Below are positions 40,766-49,426 of a DNA stretch of 58,568 nt, piece by piece (position 1 is the stretch's first letter; each line of letters starts with the position of its first letter). The notes under the pieces are model-generated. The model searched no databases and was not told where the DNA came from. It saw only the letters and a program-made list of their open reading frames with translations. The stretch comes from an uncultured Bacteroidota bacterium (GTDB lineage: Bacteria; Bacteroidota; Bacteroidia; Bacteroidales; FEN-979). Where the stretch lies: NCBI GenBank assembly GCA_937862805.1, contig CALMDO010000200.1, forward strand, positions 1-58,568, given 5' to 3'. The position numbers and the translations under genes are program-made.

Positions 40766-41541
40766 TGTTTCAAATGATCCTGGATGAAGTCAATCACCAT
40801 TTGTTGCTGGTCTTTCCCGTTGCCTACGGGGAGGAGGGGTGCTCCAAAGGCAATATGGATTGGCTTTTTGCGGTCGATCGGACCCAGGTAACCGGTGTAT
40901 TTCCCGTTGCCCCAAAAATCGGTTTTGATGGCCACCGGGATAATCGGAACACCCGCTTTTACAGCCAGTTTGGTTCCCAGGGAGTTAAATTCGGAGGGAT
41001 TGAAGGTGAGGCGCCGGGTGCTCTGGGGAAAAATGATGACGGAAATGCCCTTTTCTAACCGGAGCGGGCCCTGGTCCATCACGATCTGAAAATCTTCGCG
41101 CGGGTTGGAACGGCTCAGTACGATGGGTTTTCGGCTCAGCATCACATCCTTAAAAGCAAAGTGGCGTATCAGCGCCTCTTTGACCACAAAGGTGACATTT
41201 TTCAGTGGCTGAATGATCCCGGGAAATATCATGGTTTCGAGGGTACTCATGTGGTTGCTCACGATCACGGCCGGAGTTTTACAATTTCTCAGGTGGTCAA
41301 GACCGGTGATATGAAACCTGCCGCCGCATCTTTCAATATGGGTAAAGATATCATGCGACGAATCCACCCAGTAACGGGTATCATAAATCCCTTTCTTTGC
41401 TGCACGACGGGTTTCCAGAACGACCCCCACGAAGCGTGTCATAAAGACAATCCTTGAATTGAACAGGAACCGGTCGAGCAGATACCTTGGCGCATTCTCC
41501 GGGGTATGGTATTCATTCCCGGAAACAATCTCTTCTCTCAC
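40753..41541 (-). CDS. Lysophospholipid (1-acyl-sn-glycerol-3-phosphate) acyltransferase-family protein
   Basis: 262 aa with acyltransferase block I as VSNHMSTLE (H-x4-E) and later blocks IIFPQSTR and IIPVAIK. Confidence 0.8.
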   Translation of the reverse strand: MREEIVSGNEYHTPENAPRYLLDRFLFNSRIVFMTRFVGVVLETRRAAKKGIYDTRYWVDSSHDIFTHIERCGGRFHITGLDHLRNCKTPAVIVSNHMSTLETMIFPGIIQPLKNVTFVVKEALIRHFAFKDVMLSRKPIVLSRSNPREDFQIVMDQGPLRLEKGISVIIFPQSTRRLTFNPSEFNSLGTKLAVKAGVPIIPVAIKTDFWGNGKYTGYLGPIDRKKPIHIAFGAPLLPVGNGKDQQQMVIDFIQDHLKQWEP

Positions 41542-41625
41542 AAGTTTATGATTTAATCAGCATTCGGTTAATTTGTTACAATACTTATGCTCCTCTCTCG
41601 TGAAGCCGGTCATCCCTCTGCGGTT

Positions 41626-42138
41626 TCAATCGTACCAGCCGGCGTACATGTTGTAACTCCCGGAAATCCGGTTGACCGTCCCTTCCAGCAATGCAGGATC
41701 GATGTCTTTAATTTTTTTTGCGGGGAGCCCGGCCCAGACACTTCCAGATTCCACAATGGTTCCCTCGGTAATGAGCGCCCCTGCCCCGACGATGGAATTG
41801 CTGTGGATCACCGCGCCATCCATGATGATGGCCCCCATGCCGATGAGGACGTTGTCGTGGATGGTGCAGCCATGGATGATCGCGTTGTGGGCAATGGAAA
41901 CGTTGTTCCCAATGGTGACAGGGGCTTTCAGGTAGGTACAATGGATGATAGCGCCATCCTGGACATTCACGTTATTACCTATCCGTATTGCATGGACATC
42001 CCCACGGATCACGGCGTTGAACCAGACGCTGCAATGGTCTCCTATAACCACATCACCCGTGAGGGTGGCATTGTCTGCCAGAAAACAGTGTTCACCAACT
42101 TGTGGCCTGACACCTTTAACTGATCTTATAAGAGCCAT
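41626..42138 (-). CDS. Gamma-carbonic-anhydrase-family / hexapeptide-repeat protein
   Basis: 170 aa with left-handed beta-helix hexapeptide repeats and His ligand positions (IIHCTY..., IAHNAIIHGC). Confidence 0.88.
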   Translation of the reverse strand: MALIRSVKGVRPQVGEHCFLADNATLTGDVVIGDHCSVWFNAVIRGDVHAIRIGNNVNVQDGAIIHCTYLKAPVTIGNNVSIAHNAIIHGCTIHDNVLIGMGAIIMDGAVIHSNSIVGAGALITEGTIVESGSVWAGLPAKKIKDIDPALLEGTVNRISGSYNMYAGWYD

Positions 42139-42150
42139 AAAAGTGATTGT

Positions 42151-43722
42151 TTAGCGTGGTACCGTCCGGGGATAATCGAGTGAATAGTGCAAACCGCGGC
42201 TTTCATGGCGGTTTTGGGCAGCCTTAATGATAAGGTAGCCAATGTTGATGAGGTTTCTCAATTCGCACAGCCTTACCGTCAGAATGGAGCGGTTGTAGAG
42301 GGCTTCCGTTTCACGGTAAAGCAGTTCCAGTCGGTCGAAGGCGCGCTGAAGACGAAGGTTGGACCTCACGATCCCCACATAGTTGCTCATGATGGCCTGA
42401 ACCTCTTTCATTGACTGGGTGATGAGAATCATCTCTTCGTTAAGGACCATCCCTTCCGCGTTCCAGTCGGGGATTTCATTGCAGAGGGGAATTGATTTGA
42501 ATTTTGCACCGGCATCCTGCGCAGCGCGATGCGAGAAGACGAGAGCTTCAAGCAAAGAATTGGAAGCCAGTCGGTTGGCTCCATGAAGTCCGGTGGAAGA
42601 ACACTCTCCGGAAGAGTAAAGATTGAATATGGAGCTGTGTCCATACTCATCAACCTTGATCCCGCCACAGGTATAATGTACGGCTGGCACCACAGGAATC
42701 ATGTCTTTTGAAATGTCGATCCCCAGGCTGAGGCATTTGGCGTAGATGGTCGGAAAGTGGTGGATGAGCTCATTCTTGTTGAGGTGGCGGCAATCGAGCA
42801 CTGCATAATCATCGCCGCTGAGTTTCATTTCATTATCGATGGCCCTTGCAACGATGTCGCGCGGAGCGAGCGATAACCGGGAATCGTATTTGTGCATGAA
42901 CTCTTTCCCGTCACGCGTTTTCAGGATACCTCCGAATCCCCGTAACGCTTCAGTGATCAGGAAGGAGGGTTTTTCTTCGGGGTGATAAAGAGAGGTGGGA
43001 TGGAACTGGATGAACTCCATGTTCTCGATAACCCCTTTGGCGCGGTACACCATGGCAATGCCGTCGCCGGTGGCAATGAGCGGGTTCGTGGTGTTGTTGT
43101 ACACGTTTCCGGCACCTCCGGTTGCGATAAGGGTTACCTTCGAAAGGATGGTGTCAACCAGGAAAGTCCTGGGATTCAGCACGTAGGCACCATAACAGGT
43201 GATGTCTTTGGTACGCCGGTTGACTTCGACATTGAGGTGGTGCTGGGTGATGATATCGATGGTAAAAAAATCTTCGAGTATCTCAATGTTTGGATGGTTT
43301 TTTACCTGCTCCAGCAAAGTGTTCTCTATCTCCCGGCCGGTGCTGTCTTTGTAATGAAGAACCCTGTACTCTGAATGTCCGCCCTCTTTGGCCAGATCGT
43401 ATCGGCCCGTTTTGGTCTTATCGAATTTCATCCCCCATTTGACCAGATCCCTGATTCTTTCAGTCGACTCGGTGATGGTCAGGCGGACGATCTTCTCGTC
43501 ACAAAGCCCGTCGCCGGCAACAATGGTATCGCGGATGTGCTTCTCGTAGGAATCAGGGGTGTACATCACAGCAGCTATGCCGCCCTGTGCCCAGCTTGTG
43601 GCTGTATCATCCATCCGTGATTTGGTGACGATGCATACCTTCCCGTACTTTGCCACTTTGATAGCGAATGATAGTCCTGCTATCCCTGACCCGATGACTA
43701 AAAAATCAACCTGTTTTCTCAT
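42151..43722 (-). CDS. nadB: L-aspartate oxidase
   Basis: 523 aa with FAD motif DFLVIGSGIAGLSFA, then WAQGGIAAV, and the NadB-typical TGLHGANRLASNSLLEALVF. Confidence 0.93.
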   Translation of the reverse strand: MRKQVDFLVIGSGIAGLSFAIKVAKYGKVCIVTKSRMDDTATSWAQGGIAAVMYTPDSYEKHIRDTIVAGDGLCDEKIVRLTITESTERIRDLVKWGMKFDKTKTGRYDLAKEGGHSEYRVLHYKDSTGREIENTLLEQVKNHPNIEILEDFFTIDIITQHHLNVEVNRRTKDITCYGAYVLNPRTFLVDTILSKVTLIATGGAGNVYNNTTNPLIATGDGIAMVYRAKGVIENMEFIQFHPTSLYHPEEKPSFLITEALRGFGGILKTRDGKEFMHKYDSRLSLAPRDIVARAIDNEMKLSGDDYAVLDCRHLNKNELIHHFPTIYAKCLSLGIDISKDMIPVVPAVHYTCGGIKVDEYGHSSIFNLYSSGECSSTGLHGANRLASNSLLEALVFSHRAAQDAGAKFKSIPLCNEIPDWNAEGMVLNEEMILITQSMKEVQAIMSNYVGIVRSNLRLQRAFDRLELLYRETEALYNRSILTVRLCELRNLINIGYLIIKAAQNRHESRGLHYSLDYPRTVPR

Positions 43723-43726
43723 TTAT

Positions 43727-44947
43727 CTATACGTCAAGCATTATTTTTACAGGATGTTCCCCTGCAGTAAGAAGTCTTGCAGGATCTTCCAATAATTCTT
43801 TGACTTTCACCAGAAAGCCTACCGATTCCCTGCCGTCGATCACCCTGTGATCGTAAGAAAGGGCCACATACATCATGGGTGCAATGATCACCTCTCCTTT
43901 GACAGCAATCGGTCGTTCTTCTATTTTATGCATCCCCAGGATGGCACTCTGAGGCGGATTCAGGATCGGGGTCGATAAAAGGGACCCAAAAACCCCACCG
44001 TTGGTGATGGTGAAAGTTCCTCCTTTCATTTCGTCGATGGAGAGGCGGTTTTCCCTGGCCTTTTGAGCCAATTCTTTGATTGTCAATTCGATTTCAGCAA
44101 AAGTCATCCTTTCGGCATTCCGCAGCACCGGTACTACCAGTCCCTTGGGAGCGCTCACCGCGATGCCGATGTCGGCATAACCCGGGATGATCAATTCATC
44201 CCCTTCGATCATCGCGTTGACTAGCGGGAATTCGTTCAGGGCTGCCGTCACCGCTTTTGTGAAAAAGGACATGAATCCCAGGCCCACGTCATATTTTTCC
44301 TTGAAAGCATCGCCGAATTGTTGGCGGATTTGTTGGATGGCCTGCATGTTGACTTCATTGAAAGTGGTGAGCATGGCTGTTTGGTTTTTTACAGCCACCA
44401 GCCTCTCGGCAAGTTTCAGCCGGAGGGTGCTCATTTTGCGGCGTTCCACATCGCGTGAGATAACCTCTTGCGATGTTGTTCCTGTCATTTTTTTTTGTGC
44501 CAGAAAGGATTCAATCGTTTTACGGGTGATCTTTTTTCCGGGGAAAAACCGGCTTATTTCGGCCGTATCCACCTGTTTTTCCTGAAGGACTTTTTTGGCT
44601 AAAGGGGTCACAGCTAATTTATGCACGGGCGGCTCAGAAGGAACTTTTGTCCCCCCAGGAGACGATTCTTCTGCTTTAATCCTGGATGTAACCGTGCTTT
44701 CCGGTTGAATGGCACTTTCATCCAATTCCGCTATTACGGCCCCGACTTCGATGGTATCCCCTTCGACGGCCTTCAGGGTGATCACTCCTGCAACTGGTGC
44801 AGCCATCGGGAAGGAGGCCTTATCAGAATCGATCTCCACCACTTCCTGATCTTTGTCAACATAATCCCCGGAGGATACCAGCCATTTTGCGATCTGTACC
44901 CGGGTGATCGATTCTCCCGGACTCGGAACTTTCATTTCAATCGCCAT
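43727..44947 (-). CDS. sucB: 2-oxoglutarate dehydrogenase E2 (dihydrolipoyllysine-residue succinyltransferase)
   Basis: It has a lipoyl domain ([14 protein letters not shown]), a peripheral subunit-binding domain ([15 protein letters not shown]) and a catalytic DHRVIDG. The likely start is MAIEMKVP at 44947; the track ORF begins at 44971. Confidence 0.93.
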   Translation of the reverse strand: MAIEMKVPSPGESITRVQIAKWLVSSGDYVDKDQEVVEIDSDKASFPMAAPVAGVITLKAVEGDTIEVGAVIAELDESAIQPESTVTSRIKAEESSPGGTKVPSEPPVHKLAVTPLAKKVLQEKQVDTAEISRFFPGKKITRKTIESFLAQKKMTGTTSQEVISRDVERRKMSTLRLKLAERLVAVKNQTAMLTTFNEVNMQAIQQIRQQFGDAFKEKYDVGLGFMSFFTKAVTAALNEFPLVNAMIEGDELIIPGYADIGIAVSAPKGLVVPVLRNAERMTFAEIELTIKELAQKARENRLSIDEMKGGTFTITNGGVFGSLLSTPILNPPQSAILGMHKIEERPIAVKGEVIIAPMMYVALSYDHRVIDGRESVGFLVKVKELLEDPARLLTAGEHPVKIMLDV

Positions 44948-45037
44948 AGATATAATTTGTTTTGTTATCAAAAGTCGAAGACAGATCTTTTCGACGACAA
45001 AGATATTGGGTTTAAACTGAAATCAGGCTTCCGGTTT

Positions 45038-47824
45038 CTAAATTGTATCATTTTCCTTTTCAGCGCAATGAAGACGACAAGAGGTCTGTGCATGTTCGCA
45101 CGAACATCTTCCCAGGGCCTTTTCAACGATGAGCTGCTGTTGGATTTTGTGAAGTCGGGATGAACCGGTGGCAGGGCTACCGCTGGCTGGTCGGGCGACA
45201 TGGTGGAGTTGAACTTTGTTGAAGTTGATCAGAATGTATTTCCAGGCACCCATGTTGACCGGTTCTTCCTGAACCCATTCGTAATGGACAGCCAGTGGAT
45301 ATCTTTCAAGGATACGGAGGATCTGTTCCTGAGGCAGGGGATATAGCTGTTCCAGGCGGATAATCGCAGTATTGGTGACCTGCAGTCGCTCTTTTTCTTC
45401 CAGTATGTCGTAGTAAACTTTCCCACTGCAGAATACCACTCTTTTGATTTTTTCCGGGTCGGCTGTCGGATCATCGATGACCTCTCTGAAACGCCCGTGG
45501 GTCAGTTCATCGATGGCAGAAGCACAGAGGGGATGACGCAGGAGGCTCTTGGGTGTGAAGATGATGAGGGGCTTCCGAAATGGTCGGTGAATCTGTCGAC
45601 GCAATACATGGAAGAAGTTAGCCGGAGTGGTGGTGTTGACCACCTGCATGTTGTAATGCCCGCACAACGAGAGGAATCGTTCCAATCGGGCTGAGGAATG
45701 TTCCGGACCCTGGCCCTCATATCCATGGGGCAGGAGTAATACCACACCATTCATCACCTTCCATTTGTCTTCAGCGCTGCTGATGTACTGATCGATCACC
45801 ACTTGTGCACCGTTGCTGAAATCTCCAAACTGTGCCTCCCAGAGGGTCAATCCTTCGGGAAGTCCAAAGTTATAACCGTATTCAAATCCCAACACCCCGT
45901 ATTCTGAAAGCAGTGAATTGTAAACGTTAAAGCGGGCCTGCCCTTCACTCAGATGGTTCAGCGGGATATATTTTTCCTCGGAATCCTCGACGGTCAGTAC
46001 CGCATGGCGATGGCTGAAAGTTCCCCGCTGGCAATCCTGACCACTCAATCGCACCGGATGTCCTTCATAAAGCAGGGTACCGTAAGCTAACAATTCTCCC
46101 ATGGCCCAGTCGAGGCGACCGTTTTCAAGCATTGCCCTGCGGTCATCCTGCATTTTACGGATTTTCCTGAAAAAAGATTTGCCTTCAGGTAATGTGGTGA
46201 TTTTTAATCCGATCTCCATCAATCTTTGTGATTCGACGCCGGTTTCAGGGGAGGAATCAAAATCGGAGGGGTTTGCCCGTCGATAACCCTTCCACAGATC
46301 ATCTAAAAAGGGCGTTATATCTCCTTTTTCAATCGTTTTCGATTGTTCGAAACCTTTTTCCAGTGTTTTTTCGATTTCATCTTTAATTTGAGAAGGATAC
46401 AAGGTACCTCTCAACCCTTCCTCTTCTAGTTTGCGGAGATAGATCTCCATCGGATCGGGATGTTGTTCGATGATCTTGTACAGCAACGGCTGGGTGAACC
46501 TTGGTTCATCGCTCTCATTGTGGCCATATTTCCGGTATCCCAGCAGGTCAATAAAGACATCTTTATGGAATTTTTCCCTGAAAGCGAGGGCCAGCCGGGT
46601 GGTATAAACAACGGCCTCCACGTCGTCGGCGTTGACATGGAAGATCGGGGCCTGGATGGTTTTGGCTACATCGGTACAATATATGCTTGACCTCCCGTCG
46701 AGGTAGTTGGTGGTGAAGCCCAGTTGGTTGTTGATGACAAAATGGAGGGTTCCGCCGGTTTTATATCCTTCCAGTTCTGACATCTGGAGCAGTTCGTAAA
46801 TGATTCCCTGTCCGGCGACCGAAGCATCACCGTGAATCAGGACAGGTAAAACCAGCGAAAAATCGCCGTTATAGACGTGGTCGATCCGCGACCGGCAGAT
46901 CCCTTCTACAACAGGATCCACCGCTTCAAGGTGTGACGGGTTGGGCGCCAGCGTAATCCGCACAGATCCATTGCCCGGTGCTGAACGTTCTATGGAATAT
47001 CCCAGGTGATATTTAACATCGCCCAGAAGTTCCTGATCCGCGTACTCTTTGCCTTCGAATTCTGAAAAGATCTGATGAAAAGGTTTTTGCATAATGTTAC
47101 CCAGGACATTGATTCGTCCGCGATGAGCCATCCCAAACACAATTTCTTTGAGGCCCGACGTTGCTCCTGTTTGGATGATTTCCTCCATAGCCGGGATCAA
47201 CGATTCAGCACCTTCGAGCGAAAAGCGCTTCTGACCCGGAAATTTTTTATGAATAAATTTTTCAAATAACACTCCTTCCGCCAGTTTTTCCAGGATTTTT
47301 TTCTTGACTGAAGGAGTAAAATCAGGCGTATTCCTGGTCGATTCCATCTTCAATTTAAGCCATTCTGTGATCTCTGGTTTACGGATATAATAATATTCCA
47401 CACCGATCGACTGGCAATAGGTTTGCTGTAAATGTTCAAGGATTTTTTCCAGTTTTGCATTGCCAATGCCCAGCTCTTTTCCGGCTTGAAAGGTTTTGCC
47501 CAGATCGTCCGTTGTCAATCCGAAATTGACGATGTCGAGCGTCGGTGTGTATTGCCGGCGGGTACGTACCGGATTGGTACGGGTGAACAAGTGCCCTCTT
47601 TGCCGGTAAGCCGTGATGAGGTTCATCACCTTGAATTCGTTCGGATAGAGGTAAGGATCAGTATGATCCGATTGATAATTTCTCTGGCAGAACTCGAAAC
47701 CCTCAAAAAATTTTCGCCAGCTATTCTCCACACTTTCCGGATCATTGCGATAACGTTCGAACATTTCATCGATCGCGGAATTATTCATTGTATTCAAATA
47801 TGACAAAGGGTCCATGGGATTCAT
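45038..47824 (-). CDS. sucA: 2-oxoglutarate dehydrogenase E1 component
   Basis: 928 aa with GMAHRGRINVL, HGDASVAGQGIIYE and LLPHGYEGQGPEHSSARLERFL. The gene sits immediately upstream of sucB. Confidence 0.96.
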   Translation of the reverse strand: MNPMDPLSYLNTMNNSAIDEMFERYRNDPESVENSWRKFFEGFEFCQRNYQSDHTDPYLYPNEFKVMNLITAYRQRGHLFTRTNPVRTRRQYTPTLDIVNFGLTTDDLGKTFQAGKELGIGNAKLEKILEHLQQTYCQSIGVEYYYIRKPEITEWLKLKMESTRNTPDFTPSVKKKILEKLAEGVLFEKFIHKKFPGQKRFSLEGAESLIPAMEEIIQTGATSGLKEIVFGMAHRGRINVLGNIMQKPFHQIFSEFEGKEYADQELLGDVKYHLGYSIERSAPGNGSVRITLAPNPSHLEAVDPVVEGICRSRIDHVYNGDFSLVLPVLIHGDASVAGQGIIYELLQMSELEGYKTGGTLHFVINNQLGFTTNYLDGRSSIYCTDVAKTIQAPIFHVNADDVEAVVYTTRLALAFREKFHKDVFIDLLGYRKYGHNESDEPRFTQPLLYKIIEQHPDPMEIYLRKLEEEGLRGTLYPSQIKDEIEKTLEKGFEQSKTIEKGDITPFLDDLWKGYRRANPSDFDSSPETGVESQRLMEIGLKITTLPEGKSFFRKIRKMQDDRRAMLENGRLDWAMGELLAYGTLLYEGHPVRLSGQDCQRGTFSHRHAVLTVEDSEEKYIPLNHLSEGQARFNVYNSLLSEYGVLGFEYGYNFGLPEGLTLWEAQFGDFSNGAQVVIDQYISSAEDKWKVMNGVVLLLPHGYEGQGPEHSSARLERFLSLCGHYNMQVVNTTTPANFFHVLRRQIHRPFRKPLIIFTPKSLLRHPLCASAIDELTHGRFREVIDDPTADPEKIKRVVFCSGKVYYDILEEKERLQVTNTAIIRLEQLYPLPQEQILRILERYPLAVHYEWVQEEPVNMGAWKYILINFNKVQLHHVARPASGSPATGSSRLHKIQQQLIVEKALGRCSCEHAQTSCRLHCAEKENDTI

Positions 47825-47843
47825 TTAATGCGACAATTCAGTA

Positions 47844-47851
47844 CAAATATA
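47844..47851 (-). promoter_or_regulatory. -7 promoter box (TATATTTG on the minus strand) for sucA
   Basis: The plus strand reads caaatata. It lies 20-27 nt upstream of the ATG at 47824. Confidence 0.45.
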
Positions 47852-47858
47852 CATTTTC

Positions 47859-47877
47859 TCCCTGATCCGGTCAGGGA
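47859..47877. promoter_or_regulatory. Inverted repeat TCCCTGA-n5-TCAGGGA (copy 1)
   Basis: Read directly from the sequence. It lies just upstream of the sucA -7 box. Confidence 0.5.
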
Positions 47878-47916
47878 AAGCGGAGAAAGAGGTGTTGTCC
47901 ATCCGGAATTAATTTT

Positions 47917-47924
47917 TACCTTTG
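47917..47924 (+). promoter_or_regulatory. -7 promoter box (TACCTTTG) for the M20 dipeptidase gene
   Basis: Matches TAnnTTTG. It implies a leader of about 100 nt to the ATG at 48028. Confidence 0.4.
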
Positions 47925-47925
47925 C

Positions 47926-47942
47926 ACCCTGAATATCAGGGT
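47926..47942. promoter_or_regulatory. Inverted repeat ACCCTGA-n3-TCAGGGT (copy 2)
   Basis: Read directly from the sequence. It abuts the plus-strand -7 box and shares the CCCTGA/TCAGGG core with copy 1. Confidence 0.5.
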
Positions 47943-48027
47943 ACTTGTCCAAGCATGGGAGCCACCTTGATTTGGGATTCTCATCAACATTTATTTAATT
48001 AATTAACAATCTTTTACACGAATACTA

Positions 48028-49404
48028 ATGCAAGAGGTAAAAAATTATATTGAGCAAAATCGCGACCGCTTTATCCAGGAGTTGTTTGGGTTGATCAGGA
48101 TTCCTTCTATCAGTTCTGAAGCAGAGCACAAGGAGGACATGGTAAAAGCGGCTGAGTACTGGCGAAAATCATTGCGGGAAGCAGGATGTGATAAAACGGA
48201 GATTTTTCCGACGCAGGGCAATCCCGTTGTATATGGTGAAAAGATTATTGATCGGGCGCTGCCTACTGTTTTGGTCTACGGTCATTATGATGTGATGCCG
48301 GTCGATCCGGTTGAATTGTGGGAATCACCCCCTTTTCGTCCGGAGGTCAGAGATGGAAAGATCTATGCAAGGGGAGCCGATGACGACAAGGGACAGGCCT
48401 TCATGCACGCCAAAGCCTTAGAATCGCTGGTTCGGACCAACACCCTGCCTTGCAACGTGAAATTTATGATTGAAGGGGAAGAGGAAGTTGGTTCCATGAA
48501 CATGGGATGTTTCTGCACGGAGCATAAAGAGATGCTGAAAGCTGACATTATCCTGGTCTCTGACACCAGCATGATAGGAATGGAACGACCAAGCATTACA
48601 GCGGGTTTGAGGGGCCTTACCTACATGCAGGTGGAGGTAACCGGTCCGGACCATGACCTCCATTCCGGGATTTTCGGAGGGGCCGTAGCCAACCCGGCAA
48701 ACGTTCTTGCCAAAATGATCGCATCCCTTACCGATGACCAGGGAAGGATTACCATTCCGGGATTTTACGATGATGTGCAGGTGATCGGGCAGGGAGAACG
48801 TGATGAAATGGCCAAGGCCCCTTTCAATGAAGATGAATACAAAAAGAGCATCCAGGTCGATGCCCTCTTTGGCGAAACCGGATATACCACCAAGGAACGT
48901 ACAGGAATCCGCCCGACTTTGGATGTCAATGGAATGTGGAGCGGTTACACTGCTGAAGGGTCCAAAACCGTTCTACCCTCCAAAGCCTTCGCTAAAATCT
49001 CGATGCGGTTGGTTCCCAACCAGGACCACCAAAAGATCGGAGAACTCTTTGCCCGCCATTTTACTGCGATTGCACCCCCCTGGATTAAAGTTAAAGTGGA
49101 AGCCCTTCACGGTGGGCAGGCTTATGTGTCTCCCATTGATACCGTTGGGTTCAGGGCTGCCAGCAAAGCCATCGAAACAGTATTAGGGAAAAAACCTATC
49201 CCGGTCCGTAGCGGGGGAAGTATCCCCATCATTCCGCAGTTTGAAGAGATCCTGGGGATCAAATCAATCCTCTTGGGATTCGGGTTGGAGGCGGATGCAT
49301 GTCATTCGCCCAATGAAAATTTCCCGCTGGTCAATTTTTTCAGTGGTATTGAAACCATTACCTGTTTTTATCAATACTTTACCCAATTGATGAAAGAGCA
49401 ATAA
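48028..49404 (+). CDS. M20-family dipeptidase / metallohydrolase
   Basis: 458 aa with motifs VLVYGHYDVMP, ARGADDDKGQ and MIEGEEEVGS (M20 metal ligands). Confidence 0.9.
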   Translation: MQEVKNYIEQNRDRFIQELFGLIRIPSISSEAEHKEDMVKAAEYWRKSLREAGCDKTEIFPTQGNPVVYGEKIIDRALPTVLVYGHYDVMPVDPVELWESPPFRPEVRDGKIYARGADDDKGQAFMHAKALESLVRTNTLPCNVKFMIEGEEEVGSMNMGCFCTEHKEMLKADIILVSDTSMIGMERPSITAGLRGLTYMQVEVTGPDHDLHSGIFGGAVANPANVLAKMIASLTDDQGRITIPGFYDDVQVIGQGERDEMAKAPFNEDEYKKSIQVDALFGETGYTTKERTGIRPTLDVNGMWSGYTAEGSKTVLPSKAFAKISMRLVPNQDHQKIGELFARHFTAIAPPWIKVKVEALHGGQAYVSPIDTVGFRAASKAIETVLGKKPIPVRSGGSIPIIPQFEEILGIKSILLGFGLEADACHSPNENFPLVNFFSGIETITCFYQYFTQLMKEQ

Positions 49405-49426
49405 ATACTACCCGCGGATTGTAGTA

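Noticed and set aside
45038-45112. Cys-rich C-terminal tail of SucA (GRCSCEHAQTSCRLHCAEKENDTI) as a possible metal-binding extension
   Set aside because: It is short and may simply be read-through to the next stop after the conserved C-terminus. It cannot be judged without an orthologue alignment.
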